Shown here piece after piece: positions 57,265 to 64,000 of a stretch of 64,000 bases of DNA. The notes beneath the pieces were generated by a model that did not search any database, was not told the origin of the DNA, and was given only the letters and a program-made list of their open reading frames with translations. Source of the stretch: Candidatus Omnitrophota bacterium (GTDB lineage: Bacteria > Omnitrophota > Gorgyraeia > Zapsychrales > Zapsychraceae); contig JAHFGL010000002.1 in NCBI GenBank assembly GCA_023247445.1, positions 553 to 64,552 on the forward strand, given 5' to 3'. Made by a program: the position numbers and the translations under genes. Within the stretch, counting starts at the first letter, position 1; every line of letters starts with the position of its first letter.

Positions 57265-58503
57265 ATGCCAAGATTCCACTACAAAGCCAAAGAAGGTCCA
57301 ACCAAAATTATTGATGGAACCATCGAGGCTGATACGCTCGATGGGGCGATCAGTAAAATTATTGGTCTTAGGTTAACACCCCTTGATGTCGTTTTAGAAA
57401 ATCAACAGGAAGTAGAGAAGAAGGCCAAGGCAACAGCGCTTCTTAAAACGGACTTTAACTTTTTTAAGCGCGTTGGATTAAAAGATGTCGTTTTATTTAC
57501 GCGACAGATGAGTGATTTAATTGAGGCCTCAGTACCGCTACTGCGTTCAATACAAATCGTCAGCAATCAGACACAAAATATTTATTTTAAAGGGTTGATC
57601 CAAAATATGGCGACCTTTGTCAAAGATGGTGGATCATTTTCTGAAAGTTTATCCAAACATCCGCAGATTTTTTCTAACCTTTATGTCAATATGGTTAAGA
57701 CAGGCGAAGTCGGTGGACAGTTGGAACTTGTTTTAAAGCGTCTGGCCATTTATTTGGAGAAAGAACATGAGACGCGTTCTAAAGTTCGCTCGAGTTTGGC
57801 CTATCCTGCATTGATTCTCGTTGTCGGGGTTATCACTATTTTTGTGCTTTTGACCTTTGTTATTCCGCGACTGACCGTTATGTTTGAAGATCTTAATCAA
57901 TCTTTGCCCACACCAACCCTGATTCTTATTCAGATGAGTAATGTCTTTGCTCAGTATTGGTGGCTGATGATTATTGTTGTGGTTTTGGTTGCGGTGTATT
58001 TTAAAAAATGGAGTAATTCGGAAAATGGTCGACTCTGGTTAGATTCATCGTTATTAAAAATTCCTTTATTAGGGAATTTTATTCGCATTGTTGAAGTGGG
58101 CCGGTTAGCGAGGACTTTGGGAACATTGCTAGAAAGTGGTGTAACGATGACTAAGGCGTTAAAATCGGTTGCTGGACTGATTGATAATGTTGTCTTACGG
58201 GAGGAAGTTAGAAGAATGTCAGAAGAGGTGACGCAAGGATCTAGTTTAAGAAATGCCTTGAAACAATGTTCGTATTTTCCTGAAATGGCTGTTAATATGA
58301 TTTCCGTCGGTGAAGAGACGGGACGATTGGATCACAGCCTTTATAAAGTCGCTGAGACCTTTGAACGTGAGGCTGATGAAACGGTAAAAAGTATCGTGTC
58401 CTTGGTGGGGCCACTGGTTTTAGTTGTTGTTATTTCTATTGTTGGTTTTGTTGTTATTTCAATGTTACTTCCTATTTTTCAAATGAATTTAATTGTTCAA
58501 TAG
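57265..58503 (+). CDS. gspF: Type II secretion inner-membrane platform GspF/PilC
   Basis: FTRQM..LI.A.VPL, GE.GG.L..VL.RLA, YP, GEETG.L, LLPIF. Confidence 0.95.
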   Translation: MPRFHYKAKEGPTKIIDGTIEADTLDGAISKIIGLRLTPLDVVLENQQEVEKKAKATALLKTDFNFFKRVGLKDVVLFTRQMSDLIEASVPLLRSIQIVSNQTQNIYFKGLIQNMATFVKDGGSFSESLSKHPQIFSNLYVNMVKTGEVGGQLELVLKRLAIYLEKEHETRSKVRSSLAYPALILVVGVITIFVLLTFVIPRLTVMFEDLNQSLPTPTLILIQMSNVFAQYWWLMIIVVVLVAVYFKKWSNSENGRLWLDSSLLKIPLLGNFIRIVEVGRLARTLGTLLESGVTMTKALKSVAGLIDNVVLREEVRRMSEEVTQGSSLRNALKQCSYFPEMAVNMISVGEETGRLDHSLYKVAETFEREADETVKSIVSLVGPLVLVVVISIVGFVVISMLLPIFQMNLIVQ

Positions 58504-58575
58504 TAAGGTCATCAACTTTTTAACTTTGAAGTGGTGGATCTTGCTAAACAAAAATAATAAAAGGCGGGAGGCGTT

Positions 58576-59019
58576 ATGAATTTCAAAACAAAGAATGCAT
58601 TTACATTAATTGAAATCATGTTGGTGGTTGTGATCATTGGTATTTTGGCAGCGATGATTGTTCCTAATATCGCTGGCCGAGGCGAGCAGGCCCGTAAATC
58701 CACCGCCAGGACGGATATTGAAGCTAATCTTCCATCAGCCCTGGATCTTTATGAAATGGATAATGGCCGTTTTCCAACAACGGAACAGGGACTTAAGGCC
58801 TTGATTCAAAAACCATCAACCACGCCTGAGGCAACCAACTGGAGTGGTCCTTATTTGAAAAAGAAAAAAATGCCTCTGGATCCTTGGGGACATGAATATA
58901 TTTATAGTTCTCCCGGCGCGCATAACACGGATGATTACGATTTATCGTCCTATGGTCAAGATGGAATTGAAAGTAAGGATGATGTGACGAATTGGGGGAT
59001 TGATACTTCCAAGAAATAA
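58576..59019 (+). CDS. gspG: Major pseudopilin GspG
   Basis: A|FTLIEIMLVVVIIGILA, LDLY..DNG.FPTTEQGL.AL, W.GPYL, DPWG.EY.Y, S.G.DG. Confidence 0.95.
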   Translation: MNFKTKNAFTLIEIMLVVVIIGILAAMIVPNIAGRGEQARKSTARTDIEANLPSALDLYEMDNGRFPTTEQGLKALIQKPSTTPEATNWSGPYLKKKKMPLDPWGHEYIYSSPGAHNTDDYDLSSYGQDGIESKDDVTNWGIDTSKK

Positions 59020-59194
59020 ATTCCAATATACAAATCTTAAACACCAAACAATACAATAAATTCCAATTACCAAATAATATACAAATCCCAATGGCTAAGA
59101 TTTACATTTAGTTTTGTATTTTGTTAATTGGAATTTGTTTGGTATTTGTGATTTTGGATTTGTATATTGCCTGTAATTTGGGATTTGGGATTTT
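59018..59194. repeat. Inverted degenerate 7-mer tandem-repeat element (empty, longest)
   Basis: AAATTCC AATATAC AAATCTT AAACACC... followed by ...TAATTTG GGATTTG GGATTTT, filling the whole gspG-gspH spacer. Confidence 0.9.
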
Positions 59195-59197
59195 AAA

Positions 59198-59692
59198 ATG
59201 CAGATATTCAAGTCCAAACAAGCCGCGTTTACTTTAATAGAAATAATTTTAGTTGTTCTTATTTTATCTGTCATCGCCTGCTTAGCCATTCCCAACTTTG
59301 GCCAAACATATTCACAGCTGCAGCTTAAACAAACGACGGAAGATTTGGCTTATTTAATGCGTTATGCGCAGACTTTCGCCATCAGTAACAGTCAAAATGT
59401 TCAGTTAGAATTTGATTCTGAATTTTCATCTTACTGGTTGAACAAAAGTACGGCAGATACGTCGGTGGCCGATTCTTCTTTTGTCCGAATTAATGGGCGT
59501 ATGGGGCGGACATTTGATATTCCAAGGACAATAAAGATTAAAGCAGAAAACGCCTATATTCTTTTTTATCCCGATGGAAAAATAGATAAGGTTCGTATCG
59601 ATGTGTGTCAGGAACAAAAATGTCTGGCGATTTCAACCAAAGAACAAAAAGGATATGTGAGGGTATTTGATGCGAGTTTATTGGATGATTAA
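59198..59692 (+). CDS. gspH: Minor pseudopilin GspH/FimT-like
   Basis: A|FTLIEIILVV, A.T.AI, FYPDG. Confidence 0.85.
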   Translation: MQIFKSKQAAFTLIEIILVVLILSVIACLAIPNFGQTYSQLQLKQTTEDLAYLMRYAQTFAISNSQNVQLEFDSEFSSYWLNKSTADTSVADSSFVRINGRMGRTFDIPRTIKIKAENAYILFYPDGKIDKVRIDVCQEQKCLAISTKEQKGYVRVFDASLLDD

Positions 59693-59749
59693 AAGGGTCA
59701 TGGGTCAAGGGTCATGAGAGTGCCTTGCGCCTTGCGCCTTGCCCCTTTT
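59691..59749. repeat. Short GC-rich inverted 7-mer repeat element
   Basis: AAGGGTC ATGGGTC AAGGGTC versus GCCTTGC GCCTTGC GCCTTGC. Confidence 0.75.
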
Positions 59750-60151
59750 AAGATTTTAAGAAATTGTAAACAAGGTTCTTTACTGCTTGAGGCCTTATTA
59801 TCTGTTGTCATCCTTTCGGTTAGCATTTCCGTCATTATTCAGGCCATGACAGCTAGCTTAAGATCGACGATTTATAGCGCTGAATATACGAAGGCAATGA
59901 TTCTGTTGGAAAATAAAATGGTAGGACTTATGCAACAATCAATAGGGCAGAGCTCAACGGATACACCGACTGATGATTCAGTGACAGACGAAAAGTTTCA
60001 ATATTTGATAACGGAAGATTCATTGCCCGGCGATGATGCCAAAAATTTAGAAAAGGTTGCGCTGGCGATATCTTGGAAGAGCAAAGGAAAAAGCAATAAT
60101 ATTTCTGTAAGTACGTATAAATTTAATCCACCTGAATTGGCATCTCAATGA
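59714..60151 (+). CDS. gspI: Minor pseudopilin GspI/PilV-like
   Basis: QG|SLLLEALLSVVILS class III signal, positioned between gspH and gspJ. Confidence 0.75.
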   Translation: MRVPCALRLAPFKILRNCKQGSLLLEALLSVVILSVSISVIIQAMTASLRSTIYSAEYTKAMILLENKMVGLMQQSIGQSSTDTPTDDSVTDEKFQYLITEDSLPGDDAKNLEKVALAISWKSKGKSNNISVSTYKFNPPELASQ

Positions 60152-60861
60152 GACTTAGACAAAAAGGTTTTACATTAATTGAACTTCTTCTTGGGCTAAC
60201 GATTTTTTCGCTCATCATTACATGTATCTATAGCACCTTAGCCGGGGGGATTCATCTAAGTCGTCGTAGTCAGCAGCAGAATGATATCTACCGCGAGATG
60301 CGTTGGTCGCTTAACTGGATGAGTAAAGATTTGGAAAATATGGTGCCCTATAATTTTACCAATTCTTATCCCGAAATATTTGCTTGCATGGGTGATGATA
60401 AAAAGATTACGTTTCTTTTGCCAACGGATGATGGGTTAAAGGTTGTCAGTTATTATTTAGCGTCTACGCAAGGAGGAAGCATTCATAAGGTAACCATTGG
60501 CCAGACTTACAAGAAAAATGTTTCAACGATGACAAAATACGAGGAGAAATATCGAGTTGATAGTTTGGTTAGAGAAGAGTTTGATTTTGCTGATTATTTG
60601 CAAGACCCAGCGCAAGCCAAGGGCGAGATCGAAATTGTTGCCAGTAATGTCCGAGAAAATGGACTTAAATATTCTTATGGATATCTAGAGGGAGAAAAAA
60701 GTGCGACGGTTGCTTGGAAAAATAATTGGAGTTCGAACAATCTTCCTCGCTATGTTCGTATTGATATCGATTTCCAATCAGCGCAAAAACCATTTCAACT
60801 GCATTCATTAACAAAAGACATTTGGATCCCAACAGGATCTTTAAGTGATCAACAATCGTAG
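60148..60861 (+). CDS. gspJ: Minor pseudopilin GspJ
   Basis: KG|FTLIELLLG, M.KDL.N, W...NLPRYVRI. Confidence 0.85.
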   Translation: MRLRQKGFTLIELLLGLTIFSLIITCIYSTLAGGIHLSRRSQQQNDIYREMRWSLNWMSKDLENMVPYNFTNSYPEIFACMGDDKKITFLLPTDDGLKVVSYYLASTQGGSIHKVTIGQTYKKNVSTMTKYEEKYRVDSLVREEFDFADYLQDPAQAKGEIEIVASNVRENGLKYSYGYLEGEKSATVAWKNNWSSNNLPRYVRIDIDFQSAQKPFQLHSLTKDIWIPTGSLSDQQS

Positions 60862-60864
60862 GCC

Positions 60865-61959
60865 ATGATACGAAAATTATTACGAAGTTCTCATAAGATT
60901 AAAAATGATTCTGGTATAATAATCATCATTGTATTATGGGCGATGGTCATTTTAACGACGTTGGTTGTAAGTTTGGGTCGAAATACCTCTATCGAACTAT
61001 CGTTAACCAAATATGCCCTGGGAGATCTTAAGGCTAAATATTTGGCCTGGGCGGGTTTAAACTTCGCGATGAACCAAATCAAAATTGATTCTGACGATCA
61101 ATTATCGAACTCCTTCGATAATTTATACTATTGTGCTATTTCCAGTAGCCAGGAGGATTCCACGGAACAATTATTTAAGCATAAAGAATTGGGTCAGGGG
61201 TATTTTGATATTCGTTATGTCTATAAAGGTTCATCGGGCGCTCAGAAGTTAGATTTTTATGGGATGCAAGATGAAGAGCGCAAGATCAATATTAATACAC
61301 TAAACAATGTGGCTATCTTAAATTCATTGTTGGAGATTTTGGGAGTTGATGCCACAACCGCCCAAACGATTTCGTATTCGATTCTTGACTGGAAAGACGC
61401 CGACAAAGATTTGAGTCAGAACAATTTTGGAGCGGAAGATGAATATTATACCGGCCAAACCCCATCGTATCATTGTAAGAATGCGCCTTTTGATTCATTG
61501 GAAGAGCTTTTATTAGTGAGGGGGATGACAAAGGAAATTTATAGTAAGGTTAAAGATTATCTAACAGTTTTTCCCAAGGACGGCCCATTTGTAATTAATT
61601 TTAATACGGCTTCTAAAACTGTTTTACAATCGGTTGCCCGGTGGGGGATCAGTCAATCACCTACTAACGATGTCGCGGATGCCGATTCTCTTGTTGATAA
61701 TATTTTAAGATATCGGGCTGGGGATGATTTAGAAGACGGGACTAAAGATGATCGATCTATTAATGTTGGGCAGTTTGGACTTGGTCTTAATGCCAAAGAA
61801 GGTTTTTTATTTTCGGTTATTTCCCAAATGGGAAACGAGAAATCAAATTATATTCGTGTTAGCGTTCTTGGCGTTGACAACGCCTCGCATGTTAAAGTTC
61901 CTATTGAAGCTGTAATCCGTCGAGATGACTTCGCCATTATCGATTGGCGAAGGTTTTAG
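60865..61959 (+). CDS. gspK: Minor pseudopilin GspK
   Basis: G|IIIIIVLW, DEERKININ, ILDW.D.D, GAEDEYY, KNAPFDSLEELLLVRGM, INFNTAS. Confidence 0.92.
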   Translation: MIRKLLRSSHKIKNDSGIIIIIVLWAMVILTTLVVSLGRNTSIELSLTKYALGDLKAKYLAWAGLNFAMNQIKIDSDDQLSNSFDNLYYCAISSSQEDSTEQLFKHKELGQGYFDIRYVYKGSSGAQKLDFYGMQDEERKININTLNNVAILNSLLEILGVDATTAQTISYSILDWKDADKDLSQNNFGAEDEYYTGQTPSYHCKNAPFDSLEELLLVRGMTKEIYSKVKDYLTVFPKDGPFVINFNTASKTVLQSVARWGISQSPTNDVADADSLVDNILRYRAGDDLEDGTKDDRSINVGQFGLGLNAKEGFLFSVISQMGNEKSNYIRVSVLGVDNASHVKVPIEAVIRRDDFAIIDWRRF

Positions 61960-61966
61960 TTATCCT

Positions 61967-63397
61967 ATGGCCAAAACAATTACAACTGTCATTGAAATTA
62001 GCGATACGCATGTAAAGCTTTTTCAATCGAAAGAAATTCAGGGCAAGCCCACCATATCGGCCTGTGACATTCGGCCAATTAAAAATTATACAGATGAAGA
62101 AATCGTTAGAGTGCTACTTGATCTTTCTCGGTCGAAAAACATTTCTCCGGATTCTTTGATCGTGGCTGTTGCCAGGCGGTTTACTATTTTAAAACAGATG
62201 AAGTTACCTTCCCAAAATGAAATAGAACTGAAGAAAATGATTGAGTTGCAACTTGTCAGCCAAATTCCTTATCCAGTGGAAGACGTTGTCTATGATTATT
62301 CTCCATTAGAAAAGGACGCCTCAGGGTATACTCAGCTTTTGATTACGGTCGCGCATAAGGATATTGCACGACGATATTTGAAAATTCTAAATACAGTTGG
62401 GATTAATTCTGGCAAATTAACATTAGGATCTTTAGGAATTTGGGGTTGGCTTAATTATCAAGAAAAATATAAGAAGATTGATCCTAATCAATCAATCGTT
62501 GTGATCAATATTGATCTAGGGCAATCTGAAATTTGTTTTTGTCATAATAAAAAGATGCTTTTTTCGCGGAGCATTAATTTTGGCGCTCGAGATTTAAATG
62601 GTGACAGTGTTTTAGCCATTTATAAACAAATCGAGCTTAGCTTATCAACTTATCAAAAAGAAAATTTTGGACCTGACGTTAAGAAAGTTATTTTATTATC
62701 GGGGCCGCAAGAGACATTAATCCTTAGAGATCGAATTGAACGAGAACTGAGCTTGCCCGTTGAGATCTGGTCTCCACTGGATAATGTTGTTTGTCAGAAA
62801 TATGTTGCGGTGGGAGATTTAAAAGAAATTCCCGTTGGGGCGCTAACCGTAGGCTTTGGACTTTTGTTTTCTGATTCTAAGAAATTGATGAATCTTACTC
62901 CGCAGGAGATTCATAATACACAAAAGAACAAGCAACGAAAAATTCAGTGGATTCAGTTTTCTGTTCTTCTAGGACTGACACTGATATTTGTGTTTTTGAT
63001 TTGGGGTGGCGAACTTTATCAAAAGATCAATCATTTAAATAGTATCAAAGCAAAAATTGATCAGACCAAGCCCCTTTTTAAAGAAGCCGAGCGTAAGATT
63101 CAGTTTGTTAAGGTATTAACGGATGAGTTAAATAATGGAATTTTTGTTCCGGATCTTATTAATGATTTGTATAAGTTAGCCCCAGAAGACATTTCGCTAC
63201 GATCACTTAATCTAGATGAACGAGGGACTTTTAGTATTCAGGGGTATGCTTTGACGCGCAGTGGGCTTAACACATTTCAGGCGAATCTAGTTCAATCGCC
63301 TAGATTAAAAGAGGTCAATTTGCAATTCTCGACAGAACGTAAGATTTTTAACATGGATGTGATTGATTTTCAGATTAACAGTCAGCTAAAAAAGTAA
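61967..63397 (+). CDS. gspL: GspL-like (fused PilM-PilN) assembly platform protein
   Basis: Actin-like cytoplasmic domain (IPY..EDV.YDY, FSRSI.FG), one TM segment, PilN-like periplasmic domain. Confidence 0.8.
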   Translation: MAKTITTVIEISDTHVKLFQSKEIQGKPTISACDIRPIKNYTDEEIVRVLLDLSRSKNISPDSLIVAVARRFTILKQMKLPSQNEIELKKMIELQLVSQIPYPVEDVVYDYSPLEKDASGYTQLLITVAHKDIARRYLKILNTVGINSGKLTLGSLGIWGWLNYQEKYKKIDPNQSIVVINIDLGQSEICFCHNKKMLFSRSINFGARDLNGDSVLAIYKQIELSLSTYQKENFGPDVKKVILLSGPQETLILRDRIERELSLPVEIWSPLDNVVCQKYVAVGDLKEIPVGALTVGFGLLFSDSKKLMNLTPQEIHNTQKNKQRKIQWIQFSVLLGLTLIFVFLIWGGELYQKINHLNSIKAKIDQTKPLFKEAERKIQFVKVLTDELNNGIFVPDLINDLYKLAPEDISLRSLNLDERGTFSIQGYALTRSGLNTFQANLVQSPRLKEVNLQFSTERKIFNMDVIDFQINSQLKK

Positions 63398-63407
63398 AAC
63401 AACGGTT

Positions 63408-63962
63408 ATGATTAAACGATTAACAAAACGTGAACAAGTAATCTTTATTGTTTGTCTACTACTTGTTTTGGTCTATGTGGGTTATCGAGCTGTCGCCAAA
63501 CCTTTAGAAGAGAAACTGTTTTTTTTGGACGATGAGATTGAGGCCCAGCAAAAGAAATTAAAGAAGAATTTAGGTGTTATTAACAAGGCCAAGGGCTTAA
63601 GTCAGCAGTACAGTAAATATCTAGAGGGGATGAAACAATCCGGCACCAATGAACAGGTGATGACATCACTTTTGGCGGAAATTCAAGAAATTGCAGCTCA
63701 ATTGGGCTTAAAGATTTCTGATTTAAAGCCAAAACGGGTTAAGAAGGAGGAATATTATAATTATTTTTCCGTTAGTCTTACCCTGGATGGGGACTTGAAA
63801 GAAATTCTTCAGTTTGTTTATATTTTGCAAAAAGAACCGCATCTTTTTCACGTGAATGAATTCAATTTTGAAAAAGGCGCACAGCGCAATTCTCAAGAAA
63901 TTAAAACACGGCTTATTTTAAGTCGAATTTTGATTCCTGAAACCAAAGAATTATCGCAATAA
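63408..63962 (+). CDS. gspM: GspM/PilO-like protein
   Basis: LTKREQ plus TM, coiled coil, ferredoxin-like L.L.G....I..F.Y.L. Confidence 0.8.
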   Translation: MIKRLTKREQVIFIVCLLLVLVYVGYRAVAKPLEEKLFFLDDEIEAQQKKLKKNLGVINKAKGLSQQYSKYLEGMKQSGTNEQVMTSLLAEIQEIAAQLGLKISDLKPKRVKKEEYYNYFSVSLTLDGDLKEILQFVYILQKEPHLFHVNEFNFEKGAQRNSQEIKTRLILSRILIPETKELSQ

Positions 63963-64000
63963 TATTCTGAAATTGCGTTGACATTGAAATCATCGTATAC

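Overview
AT-rich bacterial chromosomal window. The gene content is reminiscent of Ca. Omnitrophota/PVC-like lineages, but that is inference only. It carries housekeeping and envelope genes (rcnA-like, cyclophilin, cspA, manC, LPS-core enzymes, priA, xth, fmt, two galT paralogs, gapA), four type II toxin-antitoxin modules, six large signal-peptide-bearing multidomain proteins, and a type II secretion cluster (gspE-F-G-H-I-J-K-L-M). Highlights: (1) Three c-di-GMP-I riboswitches lead large secreted-protein genes. Two of them carry related 82-90 nt double-hairpin inserts at different positions inside the aptamer, while the third is intact. (2) Inverted 7-9-nt tandem-repeat elements fill operon junctions. 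One encloses a four-helix-bundle (IVS/Avd-like) gene between gspE and gspF, and five are empty. (3) Three otherwise unrelated secreted proteins next to the T2SS end in the same ~185-aa module, a possible sorting or docking tag. (4) Two TA cassettes are stacked between three copies of a gene's 3' end. (5) There are several apparent pseudoenzymes (PriA, GalT, a GH-A barrel) and a clean 1-nt frameshift. No rRNA, tRNA, CRISPR array, integrase, transposase or reverse transcriptase was seen. All assignments come from manual reading, with no database search.
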